The translations under genes and the position numbers were made by a program. Under the pieces are notes generated by a model. It saw only the letters and a program-made list of their open reading frames with translations. It made no database searches and was not told the DNA's origin. Shown here piece by piece: positions 55,821-63,722 of a DNA stretch of 64,000 nt; the first letter of the stretch is position 1; the number at the start of each line of letters is the position of its first letter. Origin of the DNA: a virus; IMG/VR virus record IMGVR_UViG_3300028840_000888, positions 1 to 64,000 of that record. One strand, 5' to 3'.

Positions 55821-56070
55821 ACTCCACTCTTTGTGACCATGATCGAGTAGCAAAGCTGCCCTTTGAGTCTGGCGCTGTCGCCTCGATCATCTTCTCCTTT
55901 ACATCGTCATGCGTTTCAAGATTCATGAACCATCGCAACGCATACCGCACAAGCGCGGAACGCTTCACGCCTATGCGCTTCGCCTCTGCGTCAAGGACAT
56001 CACGTAGCTCTTTCGTGATCCTCACGCCCTCTGTTACCTGCAAGTCATATACGCCCGGTTTACCTGTCAT
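55819..56070 (-). CDS. Ribbon-helix-helix (CopG-like) regulator
   Basis: GVRITKELRDVLDAEAKRIGVKRSALVRYAL; GGAGG RBS. Confidence 0.8.
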   Translation of the reverse strand: MTGKPGVYDLQVTEGVRITKELRDVLDAEAKRIGVKRSALVRYALRWFMNLETHDDVKEKMIEATAPDSKGSFATRSWSQRVE

Positions 56071-56088
56071 CTTGTTTAACCTCCCTCT

Positions 56089-56117
56089 ATTATACCATAC
56101 TCGCCCTAGTCATGCAA
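56089..56117 (-). promoter_or_regulatory. Promoter of RHH-rep operon (TTGCAT-N17-TATAAT, extended TG)
   Basis: Reverse complement GACTTGCAT...TATGGTATAAT. Confidence 0.75.
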
Positions 56118-56126
56118 GTCACACTA

Positions 56127-56363
56127 CTACTTCACCTCTTGAATATACCAACCGCTTGACACCTCATCGGCGGCTATCTTGACGTATTCCAGGTCGTCTT
56201 CCTCGTTTACCATGTGTATTACGCGCCTTACCCTGAGTATGATTTTTCCGTATTTGTTATCTTTGGCGCGCGATATTATATCATCCTTACGTGGCACAAT
56301 ATCGCTCCAATAGACAAAGTACTGTACTTTGCCATGATGTGAATATGATACACCTATCTTCAT
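56127..56363 (-). CDS. Hypothetical protein
   Basis: AAGGAG RBS. Confidence 0.6.
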   Translation of the reverse strand: MKIGVSYSHHGKVQYFVYWSDIVPRKDDIISRAKDNKYGKIILRVRRVIHMVNEEDDLEYVKIAADEVSSGWYIQEVK

Positions 56364-56381
56364 GATCTATCTCCTTTCGCA

Positions 56382-56612
56382 TTATGATGGTAAGTTCATT
56401 ACCTCAACCTCATCCGCTATACATCGACAAATCTCCTCGGCGGTATGCTCTCCCTCGATAATAACGGGCAGATACCACTCGCGCCCGCGCCACAGGATGA
56501 TCACGAGGCGGGCGCCGTCGGTCATGATGCTGTGCTGCTTGCTGTCAATCGGCGGAAAGTGCTTATTTAGCTCCTGCATGATCTTGTCAGGCGTCATGCC
56601 CTTTACCCTCAA
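56382..56612 (-). CDS. Hypothetical protein
   Basis: ORF in operon; true start probably MTPDK. Confidence 0.5.
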   Translation of the reverse strand: MRVKGMTPDKIMQELNKHFPPIDSKQHSIMTDGARLVIILWRGREWYLPVIIEGEHTAEEICRCIADEVEVMNLPS

Positions 56613-56967
56613 CTGTCAGTAGGTACGCCCGTGCTATCTGCTCCGGGGTGGCCCTGATACAACGCCACACTGACTCCGTACAACTATCTGGTGAAAAATC
56701 CAGAACGTCACCGAGACGATATGCGAACTTGCGCCATAAGTCGCGCCGTTCGATGTCATCAAGCAGCATGTCGGCGTGCTCGCGGTTGATGCATGGCTCG
56801 AAAAACACACGCCAATTTTCACTCGGTGGACGTCCGATATTCCACAGCTTGCCCTCACTATCATGCCACATTGTCCAGGGCGGGCATAGATGTACGCCTG
56901 CTGATCTCCAACCCAGAGCCCGTGCGCAGCGTCGGGCGATGTCCTCTTGCATTTGTAAGTCACTCAT
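56587..56967 (-). CDS. Hypothetical protein (Trp-rich; ABA-sandwich-like)
   Basis: IA...LGW ... F.P.....HA ... ATPEQI.RA.L; AAGGAGG RBS. Confidence 0.6.
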   Translation of the reverse strand: MSDLQMQEDIARRCARALGWRSAGVHLCPPWTMWHDSEGKLWNIGRPPSENWRVFFEPCINREHADMLLDDIERRDLWRKFAYRLGDVLDFSPDSCTESVWRCIRATPEQIARAYLLTVEGKGHDA

Positions 56968-57296
56968 GACGCCTCCTTATTCTCTTGCCACTCAAGGACA
57001 TGGAACTCGTGGAGCTTGAGGCCAAACGGCTCGCCATCAACCATGATGCTAACTGCACCGTACTGGTTGCATATCGCGTCGTAGTCGCCGGGCAGTGCGC
57101 CGCAATCCCAACCACGCACATAGCTATTAAGCCGTATGCGCTTTGGCATGAAGTCCGGCTTAGGGCATACATGCCTACCCTGGATAGCTGCGGCCCGGTA
57201 GTAGTTGAGCGCCTTTAAGAGTTCGTTGCGCTCCTCGACCAGACACGCAAAGCAGTAGTTTTCAAACAATACGCCTTTATGTTTTTCACAGCTCAT
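56964..57296 (-). CDS. Hypothetical protein
   Basis: AAGGAG RBS before MSCEK. Confidence 0.6.
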   Translation of the reverse strand: MSCEKHKGVLFENYCFACLVEERNELLKALNYYRAAAIQGRHVCPKPDFMPKRIRLNSYVRGWDCGALPGDYDAICNQYGAVSIMVDGEPFGLKLHEFHVLEWQENKEAS

Positions 57297-57307
57297 TGTT
57301 TTTCTCC

Positions 57308-57628
57308 TTACCAAAAATTAAACCGACATAGCGGCCTAACAATGCCGACCAACTTGTCCTTTGTGATCCAGTCAATAAGAATCTTCTCGAGCTCAGGAGA
57401 CGGCAAAAAGGTAATCTCATCCGCAAAGAATCGCATCGGCACGCCATTCTTGCGTATGATGGTCTTGTGCGCATATCCTCGCACTTGAACCACGTCAATT
57501 ATGCCAACCTCAATGATGGCGCTCTGATCTCCGCTTGTGTAGAGCTTCCAGTAAATACTGCCTTCAATTGGCTTGATGCTTCCGCGAGCGTAGTGCCTTC
57601 GTAACCATTGGCGGTATTTCCTTTCCAT
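57308..57628 (-). CDS. Hypothetical protein
   Basis: AAGGAG RBS before MERKY. Confidence 0.55.
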   Translation of the reverse strand: MERKYRQWLRRHYARGSIKPIEGSIYWKLYTSGDQSAIIEVGIIDVVQVRGYAHKTIIRKNGVPMRFFADEITFLPSPELEKILIDWITKDKLVGIVRPLCRFNFW

Positions 57629-57650
57629 TTCACTCCTTCGTATTATCAAA

Positions 57651-58730
57651 CTAAAACAATAACGGCTGTACTGGCTTAACTTCTTCCGTATCACCGTCAG
57701 CCTCAATTATCGCGGATACCCCGGCGCTGGCGATGCGTTCGGCGGCCACGTCTACCCAATGGCGGTCGATGTCGCAGCCCACGAAGCGGCGACCGAGCTT
57801 GACGGCGGCGACGCCGGTGGAACCGGAGCCGAGGAAGGGGTCGAGGATAAGGTCACCGGGTCGGCTGCTGGTTTTAATGACGTGTTCTAAGAGCGCGGCG
57901 GGTTTTTCGCAAGGGTGTTTGCCCTTGTACGTCTGCACCGTCGGGAATGTCCACACGTCGGTGTACTGGTCTTGAGCGGTGACTTGGAATGGGCGGCGGA
58001 GGTCGTCGTATTCGCGGCGGAGGTAGTCGCCGCCGTGTTGGTTGAGTAATTCGCGTAACTTGGTGTAATGCTCTTTGGTTGGCAATAGCCATTGAGACAC
58101 TGAAAAATAGTGTCTTGACGCCATCCCGCCGGAAGTTGGGCTAAATCCGCACGCCACATTAGCCGCGATTTTACCCGTAGTGCTGAGCATCCCGGCGCGT
58201 TTAAATTCATCTACGATGTAAGTTCTTAGTGGCTCAAACACAAACCCGCGCAACTTATCACACTCGCGCTGGTATCCGCTTTCACTTTTCGCGCTGCTGT
58301 CCGCGCCGTAATGCTCCGCAAAGATGATGCGCTCGGTTTGCGGAAAGTATGCCCGCAACATCTCTTGTTGTACCTTCTTGTGCCATCCCGCATCTTTTAT
58401 CCACACCACCGAATTTAGCACATTAAACCTCTCCCCCACCAAAACTTCCACCCGCGCCGCCTTCGTCGGGTAAGCGCACACATACAGCGAGCCATTGGAA
58501 GCAAGCACGCGGGCGATCCCCTCCAACACCGTATCCAGCCAAGCTAGAAAGGCGTCATCGGTCGGCCATTTGTCCCACGTCGCCTTATTGATGTTATAGG
58601 GCGGGTCAAGGAAGGCCAGCGCCACACTCCCAGCCTCCATCCTCCGTATAAAATCCAGACAATCTGCATGGGCGATGTTTACCGACCCACCTTGCACCTT
58701 TCCTGTTTTCATGGTATCATGTATGCACAT
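57651..58730 (-). CDS. DNA adenine methyltransferase (beta-class)
   Basis: LDPPY, YFPQTERIIFAEHY, KHPCEKP, ILDPFLGSGST. Confidence 0.93.
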   Translation of the reverse strand: MCIHDTMKTGKVQGGSVNIAHADCLDFIRRMEAGSVALAFLDPPYNINKATWDKWPTDDAFLAWLDTVLEGIARVLASNGSLYVCAYPTKAARVEVLVGERFNVLNSVVWIKDAGWHKKVQQEMLRAYFPQTERIIFAEHYGADSSAKSESGYQRECDKLRGFVFEPLRTYIVDEFKRAGMLSTTGKIAANVACGFSPTSGGMASRHYFSVSQWLLPTKEHYTKLRELLNQHGGDYLRREYDDLRRPFQVTAQDQYTDVWTFPTVQTYKGKHPCEKPAALLEHVIKTSSRPGDLILDPFLGSGSTGVAAVKLGRRFVGCDIDRHWVDVAAERIASAGVSAIIEADGDTEEVKPVQPLLF

Positions 58731-58792
58731 TGACTTTCTCCTTGTCGTAGCGGCTCCCGGTAACTTGCGCCGGGGGCCGCTTGGTGTTTCTT
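58692..58792 (+). ncRNA. Putative antisense RNA over the MTase translation start
   Basis: TTGCAC-N17-TATCAT (58692-58720) with extended TG; GC hairpin ~58749-58780 followed by T-rich tail. Confidence 0.5.
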
Positions 58793-59063
58793 AGAACCAG
58801 TCCGCGCTCAGCGAATTTATAAGACCGCCAAGCCCGCATATAGGCCATGATGATTTGTCACGCCTATCAATGGTATAGCGCGGGCGGCGATAGTTAGAAT
58901 GGCCACTGTGTGTGTATACCGCTATGTAAGAGTATCCACACCGCCAATCTAAATAATGCGCCCGTAATATTGCTGCGTCACGAGTGGCATGATAGCTTTC
59001 CACGCTCATAAACGGGTCACGCGCGTCAATCTCCATGCTCACAGCCACTAGCCATTTGCTCAC
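58791..59063 (-). CDS. Hypothetical protein
   Basis: GTGA coupling with upstream ORF. Confidence 0.55.
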   Translation of the reverse strand: MSKWLVAVSMEIDARDPFMSVESYHATRDAAILRAHYLDWRCGYSYIAVYTHSGHSNYRRPRYTIDRRDKSSWPICGLGGLINSLSADWF

Positions 59064-59338
59064 AGCAGCGCCTCAACCAGCGCCATGATCTCATCAAAGT
59101 GCGCCGTAAAAATGCTGTGCCACTCCTCGCGTGATAGCGCCTGTAGAAAGTGCGGACCTTCTACATCCAGGTACTCAACATCTTTCCCGGACACGCGCAC
59201 CCTATTGTACTCAATGCGATCATCGGCGCCGGTTATGCCGACATTGGCGACTATGCTGTCACCCTCACGCCAGCATGATTGTATGACGACGATGCGTTTG
59301 GGTATGCTGATTTGATTTTTAGGGCCGGTCTTTTGCAT
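59060..59338 (-). CDS. Hypothetical protein, first gene of leftward arm
   Basis: GGAG RBS directly after leftward promoter. Confidence 0.7.
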   Translation of the reverse strand: MQKTGPKNQISIPKRIVVIQSCWREGDSIVANVGITGADDRIEYNRVRVSGKDVEYLDVEGPHFLQALSREEWHSIFTAHFDEIMALVEALL

Positions 59339-59356
59339 TGCCTTTCTCCCTCACTC

Positions 59357-59451
59357 AATATGATTCTATTATATCACACTATTGGAATAGTTGCAAGTCG
59401 CACGCCTAGACTTGCGCCTTTCTCAATAATGGTGTATAATAGAATCATATT
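59357..59451. promoter_or_regulatory. Back-to-back promoters at the transcriptional divergence point
   Basis: Leftward TTGCAA-N17-TATAAT, rightward TTGCGC-N17-TATAAT; perfect 17-bp inverted repeat at 59357-59373 / 59435-59451. Confidence 0.85.
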
Positions 59452-59469
59452 AATTGAATGGAGGAAAAT

Positions 59470-59883
59470 ATGAACGAGAACACTGTACAAGAGGAGCATA
59501 TCCTCAAGACGGCCCTGATGAACCACCACAAGCAGATCGCCGCGCTAGTCAACTCCGGCGTTACCGTCATTGCGCATGATGGTCGTACCGGCCCACGTAA
59601 GCCCGGCTCGCTGGCTTATGCCCAAAATGATATGCCGTGGGTTATCCGGCTGCTTGCCGATGATGAGGAAGTGCCCGACTACGCCCGGCATTTCGTCAAG
59701 ACGGATCTCATGGTCAATCGCAATGAGGTCAGCGTATACGTCAACACCACCATCCCGGCGGTGATTCATGACGGTGTGCCGGGGCGCCGGGCCAATGGGT
59801 TCGAGGGCGTGCGGTATGCAGAGAATGACGTGCGCTGGTGGGTGGAGCTTGACATGTCGCGGCGGGAGTTGCCGGATGGGTGA
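59470..59883 (+). CDS. Hypothetical protein, first gene of rightward arm
   Basis: GGAGG RBS before MNENT. Confidence 0.7.
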   Translation: MNENTVQEEHILKTALMNHHKQIAALVNSGVTVIAHDGRTGPRKPGSLAYAQNDMPWVIRLLADDEEVPDYARHFVKTDLMVNRNEVSVYVNTTIPAVIHDGVPGRRANGFEGVRYAENDVRWWVELDMSRRELPDG

Positions 59884-59982
59884 GGTCGTCAAGGTTAATT
59901 TCTGCGGGCGATGCAAGGCCGCTGGGCCGCGTGGTCGTGACGGCATTGCCAAATGGAATGACATGCCACGACGGGAGGGGAC

Positions 59983-60702
59983 ATGAAACACATAAAAGAC
60001 GCCATAGTCAATAACTCACTTTGGCTTATCGGCCTCGGTCTAATGCTCGCATCCTCCGGTATCGACGGGGCCTACATGTCTCAGTGGATGCCGCCGGGAT
60101 GGGAATGGTTGGGCCTAGTGCTCAACACAATGGCTGACATTGGGGGCATGGTGTTGATGTACTGGTTCGGGCGATTGCGGCAGGATCGCAGCAAGGCAAA
60201 GCGCCAGTTAGCCTATGCGCTACTGGCTTCTGAAATCGTCAGCGTGGTATACTCGTGGGGATTCTCTTACCTGCAACTGCGCCGCGTTTTGGTTGCAGTC
60301 GAAGGCGACGAAGCCGAGGTGGTCGCGTTCTTTGCCGCCGGGTTTATCCCGCTGCTGTTGGCGTTTGTCGGATATGCGCAGGCGCTCTTGGAAGGGCGCA
60401 TTGTGACGCCGAAAGCGTCGCAGCAAACCGCACAGACTGCGCAGCAAGTGCCGCAGAATGTGCCGACAAGTGCCGCCACTGATGTGGTAGTGACGCTTAG
60501 TGACGCGGCAGTGACGCTGAAAAAACCGCAATTTGACGCATGGATCGCATCACTAAATGGCGAGCGCGATACACTGACGCGGAAAGACGTGCTGGATTGG
60601 GCCGAGTCACGCGGGCTTGACGTGAGTACAGCGACGGGCAAAGCGGCGCGCGACAAGGTGCTGCGCTGGTGTCGCGGCGCTGGCGTGGAGGTGTTGCAAT
60701 GA
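59983..60702 (+). CDS. Four-TM membrane protein with C-terminal soluble (HTH-like) domain, DUF2637/Spd-like architecture
   Basis: Four hydrophobic helices, low-complexity linker, small helical C-terminal domain. Confidence 0.6.
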   Translation: MKHIKDAIVNNSLWLIGLGLMLASSGIDGAYMSQWMPPGWEWLGLVLNTMADIGGMVLMYWFGRLRQDRSKAKRQLAYALLASEIVSVVYSWGFSYLQLRRVLVAVEGDEAEVVAFFAAGFIPLLLAFVGYAQALLEGRIVTPKASQQTAQTAQQVPQNVPTSAATDVVVTLSDAAVTLKKPQFDAWIASLNGERDTLTRKDVLDWAESRGLDVSTATGKAARDKVLRWCRGAGVEVLQ

Positions 60703-60902
60703 ACGAGCATGACACGCTGGTAAGCGCCATACAAAACGCAATCGAGCCGTACCGTCGCCAGCGTCGCCACCTGACCGGCTGGTTTGTCGAAGCTGTACTG
60801 AATACCATCTATGAGCAATACGAGCTCATAGAGGATTATACCGGAGAGAACCCAGTCGAGCGCATCACAGATACCGGGCAGATGGTCGAGGTACGGCAGT
60901 GA
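60699..60902 (+). CDS. Hypothetical protein
   Basis: GGAGG RBS, ATGA coupling. Confidence 0.6.
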   Translation: MNEHDTLVSAIQNAIEPYRRQRRHLTGWFVEAVLNTIYEQYELIEDYTGENPVERITDTGQMVEVRQ

Positions 60903-61192
60903 AACTCCTGCAGCTCGTCCTCAAAAAGCGCTGGTTTGAGCTCATAGCCAGCGGACGGAAAAGCGTCGAGTATCGCCAGGCAACCGACTACTGGAAGGCG
61001 CGTCTTCACAACCGCGAGTTTGATGCCGTGCGCTTTCGCAACGGCTACGCCAAAGATGCGCCGGAAGTGACGCGGCGCTGGTTGGGGTGTGAATTGTACC
61101 TTTTCGATAATGCTGTAGGAGCCAATGGTGAGGAGTTGGATGGGTGGTACTACGTAATCAGCTTGGGTGCGGTGGTTGAGGTATTGCAATGA
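60899..61192 (+). CDS. ASCH domain protein
   Basis: L.LKKRWFE.I.SG.K.VEYR....YW..RL, FRNGY. Confidence 0.85.
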   Translation: MKLLQLVLKKRWFELIASGRKSVEYRQATDYWKARLHNREFDAVRFRNGYAKDAPEVTRRWLGCELYLFDNAVGANGEELDGWYYVISLGAVVEVLQ

Positions 61193-61683
61193 AACTCCTG
61201 CCGCGCATACTAAGGGCATTGCAGGAGCCTGGGGATGATCAGGGTATAGAGATACCGGATCAGGCCACGCTAAAGCTGCGTCGTGAGATACGCGAAATGA
61301 ACGAGCGGTTTAAGTCTCCTCCTGGTGCGGATATAATGGCGGCCCTTGATGAAATGGTACGGCGCGCGTTCAATCAAGAGTCTATGCATGACTGGCTTTT
61401 GAGTCGGGTATCGCTAAAAGCTCCACGAGGAACTGGTGCGGCCGATGATATGTATAGGATTCCGCTGCGGATGATGTGGCGCGCCGATGCTCCCAGTCTA
61501 GGCGACTACACCACTCCCGATATGTTGGCACAAAGCTACACCCTGAGAAATTCTTTAGCATGGCTTGACCGTGTGCAATTCCGTACCAAGCAGCAATACG
61601 ACATCTACGGCATTGAGGTCGAGGAGTGCAGCGCGGAGGAAGTAGCAGCAATGCTTGAAGACAGGCACACTATCGAATTATGA
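61189..61683 (+). CDS. Hypothetical protein
   Basis: GAGG RBS, ATGA coupling. Confidence 0.6.
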   Translation: MKLLPRILRALQEPGDDQGIEIPDQATLKLRREIREMNERFKSPPGADIMAALDEMVRRAFNQESMHDWLLSRVSLKAPRGTGAADDMYRIPLRMMWRADAPSLGDYTTPDMLAQSYTLRNSLAWLDRVQFRTKQQYDIYGIEVEECSAEEVAAMLEDRHTIEL

Positions 61684-61693
61684 AGGCAAAACA

Positions 61694-62965
61694 ATGAACA
61701 ATAAGCGCAAGGCGTTAGTATCACAATTACGGCGAAGCCTCGGTCATGCTGTGGGCGGGTTCCCGTCACTCAAGCGGGCCCGCAACGTACATCTGCGGAT
61801 GCCGGAAACGCTAGGACATCGCGCCGGTATCCTGCGGGTAAGTGCCGGGATGCATACGGGTCTGATCCGTAAAGACCTCGAAGCCGATGGGCGCGCCCGG
61901 CTGCGGCAACTTTTCCCGACAGAATGGCTTGGGCAAGGCGAGCCATCAATCTATTGGGAAGGCGCGGAGCTATGTATTGAAGCGCCCTGGCCGGAAGGGC
62001 TACGTACCGAGGCGATCATGCTCTCACAGATGTCCGAGCAGCCGCACACGCCCGGCAGTTTCACCCTGGGCCAGAATGATCGCAATGTAACGGTGACGCC
62101 GCGCTTTGATACCTACACCAGCGCGCACATGCTCCTTGCGGGTGCGCCGGGTGGCGGTAAGACGACCACTGCCACCTCTATTGCCGTGCAATTGGCGCGC
62201 AATGATCCACGGGCGCAATTCGTCATCGCCAATGACAAGAACGACCTTGAGCACCTGGATACCCTGCATGGCCTGCTTGGGCCGCTGGCAGGCACTTACG
62301 GCGAAGTCCTGACCGCCCTCGCCTTCGTAGATGCTGAGCGCGGGCGCCGGGAGCAGGCCGGCGGAAAGCACGCGCCGCTGTACTTCCTGTGGGATGAACC
62401 GCAGATCGTCTTGATGGAAGACAAGCAAGCGCCCAAGACATTGTTCTACCTCATGAGTCGGGCGCGATCGGCTAACATCCATGTCATTCTTGCTACGCAA
62501 AGCCCGAAGCAGAGCCTTTTCGGGGTGAACATGACGCGCGGGCAATTCGGCACGCGCATCTGTCATCTTGTTGCCAATGCGCAGGAATCAAAGGCGGCCC
62601 TGGATGTGACCGAGCCACGCGCCGACTACCTGACCGAAAAGGGCGATGCAATTGCCAGCTTCCCGCCCTACTTCCACAGGGTATTGGTGGCGCTTCCTGA
62701 TCAAGACATCATTGAAAGCGTCCTGGGCCATGATCCTGCAATGTCACACTGGCCCGTGTCACTCGATGATCTTCCAAGTAGGCCAGGGTGGACGCCGGAG
62801 CAGGTGGCCGTGGGCATAATGGCCCGGCGGCGTGGATGGAACCGCCGCGAGTGTCGTGAGGAGCTAGGTCGGCTTGGCGGATCCGTGAGCAATGCCGACT
62901 ACTCTGAGATGCGCGCCTTTGGGCAGCGTGTCGATGAGATTATAGAGGATGTTGGCAATGCCTGA
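61694..62965 (+). CDS. FtsK/SpoIIIE-family ATPase
   Basis: HMLLAGAPGGGKT, NDK, E..RR, YFLWDE, RARSANIHVILATQ.P, GDA. Confidence 0.88.
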   Translation: MNNKRKALVSQLRRSLGHAVGGFPSLKRARNVHLRMPETLGHRAGILRVSAGMHTGLIRKDLEADGRARLRQLFPTEWLGQGEPSIYWEGAELCIEAPWPEGLRTEAIMLSQMSEQPHTPGSFTLGQNDRNVTVTPRFDTYTSAHMLLAGAPGGGKTTTATSIAVQLARNDPRAQFVIANDKNDLEHLDTLHGLLGPLAGTYGEVLTALAFVDAERGRREQAGGKHAPLYFLWDEPQIVLMEDKQAPKTLFYLMSRARSANIHVILATQSPKQSLFGVNMTRGQFGTRICHLVANAQESKAALDVTEPRADYLTEKGDAIASFPPYFHRVLVALPDQDIIESVLGHDPAMSHWPVSLDDLPSRPGWTPEQVAVGIMARRRGWNRRECREELGRLGGSVSNADYSEMRAFGQRVDEIIEDVGNA

Positions 62966-63152
62966 TATACCATGCTACTCATTCATTGATGGAGATTGGC
63001 AGCGAATAGAGCTTGACAGTGACGGTATGTCAGGAGAATGGAGTCTAGCTGAGATTGAGCAGCCGATGATCATGCAAGCTATCTTCATAACGCCAACTGA
63101 CCGTATTGTCATTGAAACGAAATCACATGAAATCATAGAGGAGATGTCATGA
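62958..63152 (+). CDS. Hypothetical protein
   Basis: GAGG RBS, coupled. Confidence 0.55.
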   Translation: MPDIPCYSFIDGDWQRIELDSDGMSGEWSLAEIEQPMIMQAIFITPTDRIVIETKSHEIIEEMS

Positions 63153-63382
63153 AAGAGTGGAATGACGAAAACAAGGAAAAGCTAATTACATATTGCGTAA
63201 TGGCATGGTACGCCATGACGCAACACATTGACGAGAAGATCATGACCGAGTTCACGAAAAACGTGGGCATGGGGCAGTATACCACGTACCGCCTATTCAG
63301 TTGGATGGCGGAAAACTACCCGCAGCAATTGTATGATGCGTACCTAAGCTACCTGCATGATGTTGAGTGCGGTGAGCTATAG
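63149..63382 (+). CDS. Hypothetical protein
   Basis: GAGGAG RBS, ATGA coupling. Confidence 0.6.
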   Translation: MKEWNDENKEKLITYCVMAWYAMTQHIDEKIMTEFTKNVGMGQYTTYRLFSWMAENYPQQLYDAYLSYLHDVECGEL

Positions 63383-63386
63383 CGCC

Positions 63387-63470
63387 CGTCCGTCCCGTCC
63401 GTCCGCGCAAAACAACGCCCAATTTTCGCCCGGACAAGGCCAAAACGGACGTATTGACCAACGGACGGAC
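63387..63470. repeat. Cluster of four CGTCC and four CGGAC units in inverted arrangement
   Basis: GTCCGTCCG 63397-63405 versus CGGACGGAC 63462-63470. Confidence 0.6.
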
Positions 63471-63500
63471 TAACAAATTACCAAGTAAAGGAGAAAGACA

Positions 63501-63722
63501 ATGAGTAAAGTAAAGTTTCAAGACAACTCAAAAGCGGGTACATGCCCGGAGTGCGATGGTGACATGCTAGTCAAGACGAACCGCCACACCGGGCACCAGT
63601 TCTTAGGATGCGCTAATTATCCAGAGTGCCGGCATACTGACCAGATACCGGAGGCCATGAAGCTGCGCGCATTGGGCGCCGCTACGCTATTTGAGATTGA
63701 TGAGGAGGAAGGCCATGAATAA
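63501..63722 (+). CDS. Topoisomerase-type C4 zinc-finger protein
   Basis: CPECDG.M.......G..FLGC.NYPEC. Confidence 0.88.
   Translation: MSKVKFQDNSKAGTCPECDGDMLVKTNRHTGHQFLGCANYPECRHTDQIPEAMKLRALGAATLFEIDEEEGHE

Noticed and set aside
48764-58730. Restriction-modification systems
   Set aside because: No cognate restriction endonuclease next to any MTase; they appear to be orphan protective enzymes
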